A stretch of DNA of 63,593 nt, the filler included, from Octopus bimaculoides (lineage: Eukaryota): NCBI RefSeq assembly GCF_001194135.2. It is 4 parts of 4 records of this genome, joined end to end, with 100 filler letters (N's around TTAATTAATTAA, not from the genome) between each part and the next. Parts side by side here need not be neighbours in the genome. Positions count along the whole stretch, not along the records: positions 1 to 16,855 come from NC_068985.1; positions 16,956 to 41,096 come from NC_068986.1; 2 more parts are not named here. The stretch is one strand, 5' to 3'. Shown here one piece after another: positions 13,400 through 27,420 of the stretch. Made by a program: the position numbers and the translations under genes. Below the pieces are notes generated by a model. The model ran no database searches, was not told the DNA's origin, and saw only the letters and a list, made by a program, of their open reading frames with translations. How positions within the stretch are numbered: the first letter of the stretch is position 1; the number at the start of each line of letters is the position of its first letter.

Positions 13400-15600
13400 A
13401 TATTTGCATATCTAGAAATACTCATATATATTTAAATGATAAACATCTGGAAAATTTTACAGATTTTGCAGTCCTATTGATGGATTGGATCTGTAGTTTT
13501 CGAATTAACTTTCTTGTTTTGAGAAAGCTAATTTCTCAAAATTGGTATTTAGGCAGTGTGTTATCTATCCCAGTGTTCCAATAATTACAGGTATAAAACA
13601 GTACTTGTAATCTGGATAGAGTAACGGCAGATTTCTCAATAGTTCATCGTAGGTGTTCTCTTTTTCACTGATCTTCAGTTTTATTTTAACATCCATTGGG
13701 CAGGTAATTTCCACAACTGTACACAGTTTCTTTTCACTATCCAAAACCATTATATCAGGTCTGTTGTGCTTATATTTTATTGGGATTTTGACTGGTAAAT
13801 TCCACCAGTATTCCGTTTTATTACGTGTTATAGAGTGCCCTAGCTACAACGTAATGTCTCATCGGTAGATAATACGGTGATGAGATTTTTCAACAACTGA
13901 TTATGGTGTAGGTTATATCTTCAGTGTAGACTCCACAAATTCTGCATCGGTTGTCACATTTTACGGCTTTTCCTGCATCGCTACTCCTTTTGTGTATCAA
14001 GTACTCGGTTGATATTTCCTGTTCCTGGATTGTAAACGCATACCCTTCAAAGTGTGGGGGTAGGAATCCGGCTATTTGTTCATGATAAACTGCTATGATG
14101 ATCGATCATCACAGAGCTTTCTACTAACATATCCATGCATAGTATTCTGCTCATATATGCTCATCCTATCACTTAATGATACGTTGCGGTAGAGTGGTGG
14201 GACTTTTTTGGGCATGTATTCTAGGTTATCAGACAAAGAGTGTTGCTCAAGGAACTGCCTTCCATGTCTTATGATGTTATCAGTCTCATGTATGCCAACT
14301 TGGTCAAGGGATGCATTTCGACACATTCAAAGGCATTTTTGATCAACGTTAAGCATTTGCCGCTTTGTTTTCTTTTCAGGATAGGAGGTCTACGTCACTG
14401 TTTATGTGGAAATAATGTGTGCTTGTTAGTATTTTTCAGGTTTTCACATCAATGGCTCGGATCTCACCAAGCGTCCACTCAAGCAGCCCAGATGGTGGTA
14501 TGAGTACTGGCAATGCAAACACATTGCAAACACATTTATTGAATACAGTGAGTTCTGGGGTCAGCATTTTCTTTATTGGGCTGTAATATTCTTTAGCGAC
14601 ACGTATTTTGCTACAGGTGCCATTGTAATATATATTTTCATCCACGCTTAGATACTTGTAACATTCCTCTTCAGATACAGAGGAAACAGTGAAATCATTG
14701 ACTAAGATGTCGCTAATCTAGTTTATAGTTTTCCCCCTTATCATAACCGTGTAGCAACATTTATCCTGACCAAACTCCAACCCTACATCCTTTGAGAATG
14801 TTGTAACTAGGTCAAGGCTCTTTTCATCTCATGCATATTCTATAGCATAAAGAAACAATGTGTCATTTTGGTATTTCTGTTTTTTTTTTTTGTGAACCAG
14901 TGAGATACTCCTCATACTTCCTTAACACGAATGACAAGGGGTTTACAGAAATTGTAAACAACATTACAGAGGGGCTGTCTCCTTGCAAAAGGCCTTTGCG
15001 ACACGCTATTCTATCGGTGATAATACAATCAATTTTGTGTTTAATTTCAAGATGGTGGCCCATGATGAAGTCACGTCACGTATAGTGATTTGCTTGTTTG
15101 CATGCAATAAGCATCATTACATGACTGATGGTCTTCCGTAAACCAGTTATATTTTCCTCTGTCTTAAAAAAACCCATGACGGCACTTTCGGTTTTGTTAA
15201 CTTATGAATATCATTCATGCATTGTTTTACAGTAGTAGCCAGAGGATATGCGCAGGCGTTAATCTGCCAATATATGAGTTCATCACACTGCTCTAAATAC
15301 ACATCACTAATTTCGTTAACAGCTTTTAATACCGTATCTTGTGTTATTTTACTTACTTTCGCAGAGAATATTCTCTTCTTGTGAGAGACCTTAAAATCAA
15401 AACTTAATTTTTGTCGGCATATTTCACCGGCATGTAATCCTGACTACCACTGAGAAAGTACTTTAGTTTTTTTCTGACAGGTACTACGGATTCTTTTATA
15501 ATGTCGCTCGCTGCGAACCCACGTAGTAATCTTATATCATTCAAGTTTTCGTTTTTGTATATAGATTTGCGAAGAAGGTTAATTTTCGATTTTTTTATTA
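13400..15600 (-). mobile_element. Degenerate, internally deleted RLE-type non-LTR retrotransposon (R4/Dong-like)
   Basis: Minus-strand segments: N-terminal region (WQINACAYPLATTVK), RT (RKGLLQGDSPSVMLF; FSKDVGLEFGQDKC; YKYLSVDENI), zinc-knuckle region (CRICGVYTEDIT...C...RHDVV) and RLE (VVEITCPMD...EKENTY...IPVIIGTLG). Many stops and frameshifts. Confidence 0.9.
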
Positions 15601-15896
15601 AGTTACAGGTACTAATCTTCTTTCCTATGCTCAACAAATGTATGTATGTGTGTGTGTATTTTCGAGGTTCGAACACAAAATGTCTGGATGCGTACCTACG
15701 TATATATAAATTCATACATACTATGTGCTATAAATGAATATGTGCAATGCTATCGGCCCAAGCAATATTCAGTGAAGTCTAAAAAATCTTTGGACATACT
15801 GGAGCCCACTCATCTTGAAAATCCGAAAACAGCCGATTTCCTCTAGAATCACTGACAGCCGAAAAGACTGAGAGTGAGAGAGACACGGTCAGTGAA

Positions 15897-15927
<31 letters not shown>

Positions 15928-15950
15928 TAGAGAGAGAGAGAGAAAGAAAG

Positions 15951-15985
<35 letters not shown>

Positions 15986-16098
15986 GACAAAGCGAGAGAG
16001 TGAGAAATTGAGAAAGAGATGGAGAGACAGCAGGAAAGAGACCGAGCGACAGAGAGAGAAAGAGATGAATCAACTTTGGTATATATATATGTGTGTGT

Positions 16099-16140
<42 letters not shown>

Positions 16141-16299
16141 ATGCGCATATGTGTGTGTCAGTGTGTGTATTTATGTGTTTGTGCGAATGTGAGTGCTCTG
16201 TGTTTACTGTTTTCAGTACTGAACATAACATATTCCAGCCCATAAACTCGGTGGAATAAGATTGGCTTGAAGTTTTGGCCACAGAAGGTCAGCATTTTT

Positions 16300-16510
16300 G
16301 AGGAAGTGGAAAATCGAGTACATCACTCCACTACTCAGCGGGTACTTATTTTATCGACTCCCAGGGATGAAACTCATGGTCCACCTCGGTGGCATTTAAA
16401 ATCATAACGTCAAGACGGATGATATATTCATTTCAAACTTTTGGCACAAGGACAGCAACATCGAGGTAGGTGTAAGTCGGTTACATTGACTCCAGTACTC
16501 AGCTGTTACT
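16300..16510 (-). mobile_element. Two adjacent degenerate SINE family B fragments
   Basis: GTACTTATTTTATCGACTCCCAGGGATGAAA and TTTCAAACTTTTGGCACAAGG...GTAAGTCG match the family B reverse complement. Confidence 0.7.
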
Positions 16511-16668
16511 TTGCAATGTCATACTAACAGTGTGAAAAGCCGGATCTGGCCAGTTGGAATAAAGAAAATGAAAATATTTTGGACAGGACATGGCCAGTTT
16601 AAATGCTTAAGGTTAAACAAAAGAATATTCAGTCACCACTTGTTTTGTTTTGTTTCCCCATTATTCAT

Positions 16669-16855
16669 AGGCGAAGGCGTGGCTGTGTTGTAAGAAGCTT
16701 GCTTGTCAATTATATAGTTCCAGGTTCAGTTTCAATGCGTAACACCTTTGCTAGGTGTCTTCTGCTATAACCTCGGGATGACCAAATGACCAGATCCCTG
16801 TGAGTTGATTTGGTATACGAAAATAGAAAGAGGCCCGTCATATGTATATATATAT
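16669..16855 (+). mobile_element. SINE family A, truncated by gap
   Basis: AGGCGTGGCTGTGTTGTAAGAAGCTTGC head and degenerate GATTTGGTATACGAAAATAGAAAGAGGCCCGTC core. Confidence 0.8.
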
Positions 16856-16955
16856 NNNNNNNNNNNNNNNNNNNNNNNNNNNNNNNNNNNNNNNNNNNNT
16901 TAATTAATTAANNNNNNNNNNNNNNNNNNNNNNNNNNNNNNNNNNNNNNNNNNNN
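16856..16955. other. Artificial 100-bp scaffold spacer (N44-TTAATTAATTAA-N44)
   Basis: Identical geometry at 41097-41196 and 53592-53691; the 12-mer is palindromic and has stops in all six frames. Confidence 0.95.
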
Positions 16956-17034
<79 letters not shown>

Positions 17035-17574
17035 GCACCCACCCTACTGCTACCCATTACCTTCTCATGATGTGCTTTATTTGCAGCTAGTACCATCTAG
17101 AGTAAGGACTACCCTAGATAACGTTCGCTATACATGTATTTATGTGTTTATTTGTATGCAAGTGTGCTTAATTGTGCGCGTACATGTGTGTATTGATAGC
17201 TTTCTGTATTCATGTGAATTGGATGCATATATGTGCATGTATGAGTGTGTTTCTGCATATGTGTGCGAGTAATGTATGTGTGTGTGTGTTTGTGTGTTCA
17301 TGTGTATATCTAGGGATAGATGTGACTGTATACATAAGTTTATATTTGTGTGTGCATATATGTATATGTGTAAATCCTCACACTTACTTATTTTTGTATG
17401 CTTAATGCCTAGCATCTCTCCTGGCTTCATGGATAATCGCTGTCAGCAAATTAATGCGAGTAGCAATGAAAAAGAATAATAAAATCTCACGAAGCTACGT
17501 AGTACTAGTTTAGCCTCCAGTGGGATGGGTATTGTCTTATGAGGAGGATAATCTATTTAATCTTAGTTGCCAAC

Positions 17575-17791
17575 TATTGGTTTCAAATTTTGGCACAAAG
17601 TCAACAATTTCAGGGGCGGATGTAAGTCGATTAAATCGAACCAGTATTCAACTGGTGCTTTTTGTTTTCGAACCCGAAAAGATGAAAGGCAAAGTCGACC
17701 TTGACGGAATTTGAAATCAGACAAACAGACGGACGACATGCTGCTAAGTACTTTACTCGGTGCGCTTATGATTCTGGCAGCTCGCCGCCTT
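17575..17791 (-). mobile_element. SINE family B, near full length
   Basis: Reverse complement reads AGGCGGCGAGCTGCCAGAATC (A-box-like)...TCAAATTCCGTCAAGGTCGACTTTGCCTTTCATC...TTGTGCCAAAATTTGAAACCAAT. Confidence 0.88.
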
Positions 17792-18089
17792 AACTAACAC
17801 TAAAATATATTGGTAATCGTTTCAATGAAAGACATTCTCCAGGATCATAAATTACTGAGTTGGTGCTTGCCGAGTTTAAGTCTGTCACATGGAATGGTGT
17901 GCCTGTTCAACCATGATTCGCAACCTGTATAAAAATGACAATAAAAATACTAGTGGGTCTATAACTTATCACCTATACCTCTAATTTCAATAATTAAACG
18001 AAGTTTAACAATAAAACATACGATGTTAACGACATAAACAGAAATGGAATCTCAAGTGAAGCTGTTAAGTCCAACAGGTGTACTATGCA

Positions 18090-19700
18090 AGAGTAAAGGA
18101 TTAAGCAGTGTTATTTGGGGACTAGAATAGAAGGTGTTGGTGGAAGAATGCTCATATAGTGGAATAACATAGGTATGTTTGAGTCGATAGAAAATAGGTT
18201 AATTAATCAAGCATGCATGGTTCAAAGAAAGAAGAGGTTGGCTAACACTCGTTGAAATAGAAAGTATACAGAAACTGATCAACGAAGAGACGATGGGTGT
18301 TGAAGAAACAACAAATGAAAACATCTAACACTTTGAAGAGCTAAATCAACTGTATGGAAAGAAATTAGGTTGACGTAGAAGTGAAAAATACGAACGATAT
18401 AAGCAATGATGATGGGACTGAAAATACTAAGTATTTGAAGGGAACACAGGCAAATAATATGGCTATGGAAGATTTTATAATGTCTAAAGATTAAGAAGAT
18501 AAAAAGCCAAAATTTTTGATACGATGAAAAGAAATTCTCAGTAAATCAGAAAGCATAAAGCTATTGAATTTGAGATGGATTAACCAAGGAAAACTCCTGA
18601 CTGGAATAAAAATAGTTGATGCCGTGTTAAAGAATGTTACAACTACAAACATAACTGATGTCAATAATTTAATAGGTTTGCTGTGGTAGGTTAGGTGTAA
18701 AAGATGCAGGGAAAAAAAGAGAGCGACAGCTTGAATATGACACAAAGAAAATTAGAAGAGACCTCAGAATGATTGAATGCTGGAACAAAGGTAACTTACA
18801 AAAAGAACATTGGTTTCACTTTGAATAGAAGTTGAAAATATACGAGAAAGGGCTTGCTTTATTAATAGAACAAGTCAAGCAAGATATATGTGCAAAATTG
18901 TCCAGGATAAAAAGAGCAACTAAATTTGAACGTAACAGATGTTACGGATTAAGTCAGATGCAGTTTTTCCCTAACATTCGAAGAGATACAATACAAACAT
19001 TAACACCAAATGCGGGGAATGCTATAAAAATTAGGACAGGAATTTAGGGATGCCGAAATACATATAACGCAAAGATAGAATGAATAAAAATGTAAAAACG
19101 AAATTAAATAGTGCAAGGTAACAAGAATCCATCTTAATAGCTAAGGATTGTGTCCTTAATAGCAAAGGATAGTGCCGTGCGATTATTGGATGACGACCAG
19201 TTATTGGCAGAAAAAAAGACACAATCATTTAAGGGAGAGCAAATTACTACGTATTAAACAGATAAGGTACAGGCGCGGGCGTGGCTGTGTGGTAACAAGC
19301 TTCCTTCCTAAAAATATGGTTCGGGGTCCAGCCTCGAAGTGTTTTCTTGTATAGTTTCGGACCGACCAAAGCCTTGTGAGTGGATTTGGTAGACGGAAAC
19401 TGAAAGGAGCACGTCGTATATATGTGTACTGGGGTCGGTACATTCGACTAAAAATTCTTGAAGGCGTTGCTCCAGCATGGTTGCAGTATAATAACTGGAA
19501 CAAGTGAAAAAAAGAAGCACACAAACTGGCAAGGACCATCTGATCATTGACAAAATGACAATGAAAAATTGCAAGCGAAACAGGCCAGTCTGTGCATAGA
19601 GTGGGTCGTCTGCAAAAACGCTTACGTAATCTTGGATTATGAAGTAGTCAGAATGTTTAGCAGTACTGGCATAATGCACTAGAAAATGAATTTGATGGTG
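18090..19700 (+). mobile_element. Highly degenerate R4/Dong-like LINE (N-terminal domain to early RT), interrupted by a SINE
   Basis: Frame-hopping translation: IGMFESIENRLINQA, RGWLTLVEIESI, VDAVLKNVTTTNITDVNNLI, KGLALLIEQVKQDICAKLSRIKR, SYWQKK; after the SINE, GKDHLIIDKMTMKNCKR (cf. family motif GTKDQLLIDK). Confidence 0.7.
19271..19516 (+). mobile_element. SINE family A (internally deleted), nested in the LINE
   Basis: Head GGCGTGGCTGTGTGGTAA, core GCCTTGTGAGTGGATTTGGTAGACGGAAACTGAAAG, tail GCTCCAGCATGG...AACAAGTGAAAA. Confidence 0.88.
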
Positions 19701-20149
19701 AACATGAACTCAATTGGGGTGGGTGAAAGCGAGCAGTAGGTCAATAAATTAAAACTGATTTTCTCTTTGGTGAACCTGTATTTATCAGGCTTGTTTTCCC
19801 CTTAGTACACTTCCTTGTACAAGACACTGTATCAGTCGATTCCCGATTTGGCCATGTAAAGAGTTCAAATGTTTTGTCCGAAAACTTTGAATCGTATTTG
19901 TTAAAAGTGGTACCTCCAGAGTGAAAGTATTTAATTTTGATTTGTTAAGTTTCATAGTCAATGCCTGCCAGTGTCGAATCTGCTTTCATTTAATTTTTCT
20001 AGAAAGAAAAGTCTAGGTTAATAGATTATGACTGGGGGTTAAAGTGCATGTCTTTATGTACGATTGCAGAAGAAGCCAGAGAAAAGTTGTGTTGTGTCAT
20101 CTACAAAGTACTATGTTTGACTTTAAAATAATTTCTTATAATTTAGGTG

Positions 20150-20330
20150 TAAGGCCAACAATTTTGAGGAGTAAATCGTTGCACTCAATTTCAGCAACTG
20201 ACTTGAACGGTATTTCGTCCACCCTGAAGAGAAGAAATATAAAGTTGACCTCGGTAGGATTTGAACGTAAGGAGGCTGGACAAATACGACAATGCAATTT
20301 TCCCAACGCTCTAACGATTCTGCTAATCCA
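20150..20330 (-). mobile_element. SINE family B, degenerate
   Basis: AAAGTTGACCTCGGTAGGATTTGAAC...CTAACGATTCTGCTA matches the family B reverse complement. Confidence 0.6.
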
Positions 20331-20489
20331 TTTACCTCTTTTCGGTTTCAAATGCTGGTAAGAAGATCAATGGCGAAGGGTTACTGGAGGAACATATGCT
20401 GCTTTAGTTGTTGATATTGTTATTTTTATTATTGTTGTTTTCGTTGTTGTTGGTGGACGTAGTACTGTTGTTTACCTTTTGGTCAGCCT

Positions 20490-20670
20490 CAAACAGAGAG
20501 ACCTATGCTCGAAAGCCTGCTAGCCTTCTTTCATTCGGATATATTTGTATTTTGGACCACAATATCCAGTGTGCTCTTTCACTTTTTATGAAGCCAAGTT
20601 CATGGAAAATGTGACTGCTATTTTTAGCAAGTTGAGTTACCCCGTGGAGCTCTCTTGTTGGCTCTAAAAC
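20490..20670. repeat. Unclassified interspersed repeat (related pieces near 22325, 26815-27010 and 44740-44820)
   Basis: Shared motifs GACCTATG.TC.AA.GC.TTCCAGCC and (G/A)T(T/G)(T/A)GGCTG.T.T.TCTA.C seen by eye in several places. Confidence 0.4.
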
Positions 20671-22055
20671 AATTTGCTTTTATGTCAAGTTGGCATGCAA
20701 TTAGGGCGTTTATTGAAGAAAGTTATAATAATTGTGATAGAATGACTATAGAAAGCGAACACAGCTCGACGATAAATAAGTGTGTGTCTATCTAGCAGAT
20801 GGCCTTTTGTTTGGATGCAGACCAGAATGTGAAACTTGTGCCTTGTATAAAGTTAGAGGTTCTATGTGGTATTAAAATATTTGTGACCCCTAAAGGAAAC
20901 TGAGCTTTGTGATGCAAACTTTAATTGTGTAATACACGTGGTAGCAAAGGAAATTCATATATGGGAGTAAAGTCAGTAATTTATGAGGTGTACAATAGTT
21001 TTATTGTATTGTTCATGTAAAGAGGGACTGTAGCGTTGTGAGTACTTTGTTACTTTGAGTGAGCTTTGTTTGTAGTGGTGTTGAACGAAACAATGTTGTC
21101 CAGATATCATTGCGATATACATATGTCTTTATTAACTGAACATTTTATCAATTTGTTGTGGATAACAAAGAACGAAGAAGGAGTGGTTAGTAACGAGATG
21201 CAAAGTAAGATAGTTCTGTTCATAGGACAACGAGTAGTTACTAGCGAGTTATAAGATACACTACACTATAGAGAAATACAGATATAGAAGTTGCACTCCG
21301 ACGTACAAGTAAAATCAAGATACCACAGAAGCAATGCGTTTCTGAAGACTTGCCGTAACGCAAAATCTCGTAAGAACGAAATTAATTTACCCATTTGTGT
21401 TCAAGTTATAAAGTGATAATGCATCCCGAAAGATATTTTTCAAATTAAAAAACAAAATTTAAAAAAAAACATTTTTATGCATGAAGATAGCAGTTTCTAA
21501 ACACACAGTGAAATATGTGTTAATAAAGCCATTAGAAGAGAAACTGATATTGTGTTCTTGGGGATACATTCTACTCCCACATTATCAGAAAGCTCATTAA
21601 AGTTCGCTGGGTGGCTTGCTGCNNNNNNNNNNNNNNNNNNNNNNNNNNNNNNNNNNNNNNNNNNNNNNNNNNNNNNNNNNNNNNNNNNNNNNNNNNNNNN
21701 NNNNNNNNNNNNNNNNNNNNNNNNNNNNNNNNNNNNNNNNNNNNNNNNNNNNNNNNNNNNNNNNNNNNNNNNNNNNNNNNNNNNNNNNNNNNNNNNNNNN
21801 NNNNNNNNNNNNNNNNNNNNNNNNNNNNNNNNNNNNNNNNNNNNNNNNNNNNNNNNNNNNNNNNNNNNNNNNNNNNNNNNNNNNNNNNNNNNNNNNNNNN
21901 NNNNNNNNNNNNNNNNNNNNNNNNNNNNNNNNNNNNNNNNNNNNNNNNNNNNNNNNNNNNNNNNNNNNNNNNNNNNNNNNNNNNNNNNNNNNNNNNNNNN
22001 NNNNNNNNNNNNNNNNNNNNNNNNNNNNNNNNNNNNNNNNNNNNNNNNNNNNNNN

Positions 22056-22110
<55 letters not shown>

Positions 22111-22559
22111 ACTCACATACACACACACGCACACACACAAACATCGTGGCGACATCAACATTTGTCGCTAGATATTGCTATCAAGCTGATAACGTTATCA
22201 GTTGGTTATTCAAAATTTGGGGATTTGATAGTCATGGAGGAGTTGGTTAAATCGCTTTTATTGATTGTGGGGGTATTGTTGGTGGTGGCACTGGTAATGA
22301 TGCTCTTGCATTGTTGTTTAGTCTTAAGTCAAACCTCATTGACCTGAGATCAAAGATATTTGGATCGTGTTAGGACACTAGGGAACCAGATTATTTTACG
22401 TGATTGTCTTTCTCGTTCGTACTATTGTTGTTGTAATGGTTTCTCCTTCAGGAGAAGGTGAATTGGTTATGATAGTGATTGTATTGTTTTTGGCGACGAC
22501 GGTGTTGTGTTAGTGTTTCTAATAGATAGTGTTGGGAGGAAGGATGATTCACACACAGG

Positions 22560-22920
<361 letters not shown>

Positions 22921-23658
22921 CATATAGAGATACACATACTCATACATATTCCTTACTGCTATTTTATACACTTACGTTAAATATCTCTTTAAAAGTTAGC
23001 TCAATCATATGGATCAAGTAATGTAAATTTCTCCTTCCCATGTAATCCTAACTCTGTAATGTCCGCCATGGAATTGAACAAAAGACAGGAATCAGTTAGG
23101 GTGTTTAGACTGCGATCTTTAATTCATACTGGCGCGGTACATACTGCAGGTGGTTAACGTATCATCACATATTAGTATCTAAATTTAGTTTGAAAGTTTC
23201 TGTCTAACATCAAAATGTTAAAACTGAATTATGCATTCATATTTATTGAATTACGCAGTAAATTTCATGTATTAGATTACCGTTTTTATAATAAATTTAG
23301 AACAATTTACTTTTATTTTTAATCATTGATATTTAGTTTTATTATTGGAGGGCATTGGTTGCCCAGCCTACCCAGAGGGTATATATCGTCCTATGACCAA
23401 TCATCTTATTTTTATAACTTACTATGTCAACGATAATACGTTATTATGACTAATTATAATTACAGGAAGGAATATTAATTTAGAGTTACTGTTGTGCGGG
23501 TCAAGTTTTCGTATGCTCCAAAACTGATCAGATCTATTTACCCAAAATTCTGTTGTAAATGATGCGTTAAAGTCCTGACTAAAGTAACGCCGATAAAATT
23601 ATTTTAAAAAATACAGAATTAGGGTATCTGGAGTGATAGACTTTCTGTCTGTACTCTC

Positions 23659-23704
<46 letters not shown>

Positions 23705-23751
23705 NNNNNNNNNNNNNNNNNNNNNNNNNNNNNNNNNNNNNNNNNNNNNNN

Positions 23752-23800
<49 letters not shown>

Positions 23801-25294
23801 CCTCTCTCTCTGTTAAAGAGAAATCTTTTCAGATCTTTTAAATAAATTTTTAAAATTTCAGCATGGAAGAAATCTAATTCCGACCGCCCTAAATATAATC
23901 TGGTACTATATTTTCAACCATATTTTGACACAAGATTACTATTGGACGAAACCAGGAATATTTTATGATAATCATTGTCTGGTTCCTTACTCAGTCCTTA
24001 TCCAGCATGCTATTACTATCTTGACTTTTATTCAGATATCATGTATATTGGACTATATTATCCACTGTGCTTTTAAAGAAAACGCTTGTGGGATATTTCA
24101 TATATTTTAGATCGAATCGTTTTTGAGAGAGACAAAGTTGTCAGTTATGAACTACGACAAGGTGTTGTTATTTTAAAAAATAATACTATTTATTCCATAG
24201 TTGATTTATCAGAAAGTAAATATGAGTTGTTGTTTTAAATAATTATTTGAACTGACAATTGGAATTGTAGAGTCAAAGCTGTCCAGAAGTAGTGCATCTT
24301 TTCAGGACATTATTGCCATTAGAAACACCTTTACATCTTCGGTGGTCCACTGACTAGCAAATGGAATTTGTGGCTAATTTGGGTTGTTTAAAGGAACTGT
24401 GAAGTGTTGACACAATTCTATGAAAAGTTAAAGCAGCTTCCAAAGTCTGCAGAACGATATTGTTAATATTTTGGGAGTTTCTAAAACATAATGTATTTGA
24501 CTGACTGGTCTAACGTCACAACATTCTCAAAGACACACATCATAAGCCAAAGAAGATGACTCGACGGTGAAATACCATCCAAATGTCCCTTATATCATAT
24601 CACGCCATCTTAAATTAGAAAACTACTTACCGTATAGTGTTATCCTAGATCTTATAAGATTGAGTAAAAAGAAAATGTGATCACCGATTGAACTTCTTTA
24701 TCGGATCAGGGCTTTTTGGAGCTAAGCAATAACACTTTCTTTGTGCATGTGTGTGTGTGCGCGCGAGAACAGACAAATAGATAAGCATGTAGACTAGATA
24801 GATAGATAAATAAATAAATAGATAGATAGATAGATAGATAGATACATACATACATACATACTTACATACATACATACATAGACCAATATCGACGTCTTAA
24901 CGCAGTATCCCTTGCTCTCAGCATGTTGAATATTATGGCAATCCGTAATGCCATCCCTGAATAACTCTGTGTTTTTATGTGGTGGATTTCTAATCGCCTC
25001 TATTCTTGCTAATAGCCTGGAAGGGATTTGAACTTAGAATACGAAGATCAATACAAATACTGCGCTCATTATATCCAGAACTCTAATAGTACTGCGAGCC
25101 CATCACCCTAAACTGGTGCTGTATTTATCAAACCCCAAAAGAGTGAAAAGTAACAGTTGACTATTGAAGGTTTGGAACTCTGAACAGAAAGAACCGGAAT
25201 ATCTAATACACTGCATTTTGTTTTATGGACTGAGGGTTCTGCCAGTTCACAGCTTATTATGTGTTATGTACCAAAGATAGTGAAATGACAGATC

Positions 25295-25590
25295 CATTAG
25301 CGCGTCGGACAAAATGAGCTGAAATTCCGCCGAAGTCGACTTTGTCTTAGATCCTTTCAGGGTCGATAAAATAAGTACCAAATGAGCATTGGGGTCGATG
25401 TAATCGACTTACTTCCTCTTCTAAAATTGNNNNNNNNNNNNNNNNNNNNNNNNNNNNNNNNNNNNNNNNNNNNNNNNNNNNNNNNNNNNNNNNNNNNNNN
25501 NNNNNNNNNNNACCAAATGAGCATTGGGGTCGATGTAATCGACTTACTTCCTCTTCTAAAATTGCTGACCATGTGCCAAATTTAGAAAGC
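25295..25590 (+). mobile_element. SINE family B split by a false gap
   Basis: GAAATTCCGCCGAAGTCGACTTTG...GGGTCGATAAAATAAGTACC...GGGGTCGATGTAATCGACTTAC; 53 bp are duplicated exactly on both sides of the gap. Confidence 0.85.
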
Positions 25591-27309
25591 ATTTTGAATT
25601 ATGCACTAGTATTTATATAATGATTTTAACCAGGCTACTGTAGTGATTTGAAATTGAAACCGTAAGAGAAATAGTGTATTGAATTTACTTTGACGATTTA
25701 CTGTCTCGCCCGGCTAAATCACCATTGCCGTACAGACACTTACATATGAACGCAAGCATGCAACAGCCATGTCTACTCATACACTTATATATAGGTGCAT
25801 ATATAAAACAGCCATGCACACACATATATCATCAGACTGGCGCTTGCTCAAAAACACACTCATTAGAAATATGTTTGTGCATGTATGTGCGTGTAATTCA
25901 CACATACATGTTTATATATATGAACAAATAGATAGCTATGTACATACGTAATTAGATAAAAGAGAAAAATCTAATCAAAGCTTAAATGTAATTAATTTAT
26001 TACAAAACATCAAAAACGCTAAAATTCAATGTATACCCAAAGCCTCTATCTACCCTTTTTCTTCTATTCTTTTTTACTCATGTTTTTATTGCCCCTTCCA
26101 TTCTCTCACTCATCGATAAATGATCGATCTGTTGATCTATCGATCTGTTCATTCTAACATATATAAAGGCATATGTTCCTAATTTCTCGCATCAAATGCG
26201 TTTGTTTATATGCATGTATGCATGTGTGCATAAATGAGTGTCTGTGAGTGAGTGTATAGCTACACAACAAACATAGACACGGGCATATCTATTTATTTTG
26301 TTTGTTGACGTATACACACAAAAATACATTCAGTATCTGTGTGCCGGTTTGTGTATTGTCTACTACATTACATATATATATATATTTACATATTCATATA
26401 TATACATACATTCATACATCCATACACACACATACATACATACATACATACATGCATACATACATACATAGGCACTCTCACATAATTATGCATACATACA
26501 CTTATGATAAGTACTGTAGATTAGAGTTGTTTAAACAAACCAATTATTTCGACTCTTATATCTCTTTTTAACTGGTGCCTTTAGTCTCTTCAGATCCTCC
26601 CAGACAAGGGGATAAAGTCATCTGGATAATTTTTTGTGTAGTTGTTGCTGTTTTCTTTTTCTTTCTTTTTGCACTTTTTTTTGTCATTTTTCAACTTTTC
26701 TGTTTGATGTAGTTTTGAAGAATAACATAGGCAAGCGGGATTTTCATGTATATGCGTTTCTAAGGAAGTAGTTCGGGTAAACTGATTAATATGTGAAAAA
26801 TGTTCTGTTCCAGGCCAAGCGGGACTATGCACAGTTATAATCAAAGGCATTCCAGCCGTAAACATTACGTTTCTCTTTCATATGTCTAGAAACATTGTTT
26901 AATGTATCCTTCCATTTCAAGTTGGTATGCTGTAATTTAAGGAAAATATGGCTGTTGTGTCTAACTTGAGAAGTGACTGATCCTTAGAATCTCCTTCATT
27001 GACTTAAACACAGCTGTGAACGAAGGAATTCTTATAAAATGAAATTACCCCAGTGGTAACGAGAAGGAGACATGGATAACAGTGATACGTTGTTGTCAAA
27101 AGAGACAAGGAAGACAACCTTGAAATTTTCAGTAATCAAATTTAATTAAGGTTCAGTATAGCTAATTTTCACAAATCCTTTCTAGTTATCATGCCACGAA
27201 AAATCTATGCATCTTTCAAATCAGCTTCGTAAGGAAACGTTGGTAAAAACAATAATGAAGACTTCGCTGATGGGCGACTTAAGAAAAAAGCGAGAATGTG
27301 GGAAAACGT

Positions 27310-27420
27310 CACATGGAGAAAATGCACCATAGGAAAATGCACCATAGGAAAATGCACCAGAGGAAAAGCACCATAGGAAAATGCTACTGGATGAAAGTCA
27401 CAGAAAGAAAAAAGTCAAAT
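27310..27420. repeat. 15-bp tandem repeat (AAAATGCACCATAGG) x4-5, possibly a DNA-transposon subterminal array
   Basis: Direct repeats visible; the transposon assignment is inference. Confidence 0.7.

Noticed and set aside
21490-21622. Possible LINE RT or exon fragment (IVFLGIHSTPTLS)
   Set aside because: Too short and cut by a gap; cannot be assigned.
27310-27400. CRISPR-like array
   Set aside because: Contiguous tandem units without unique spacers, eukaryotic context and no cas genes.
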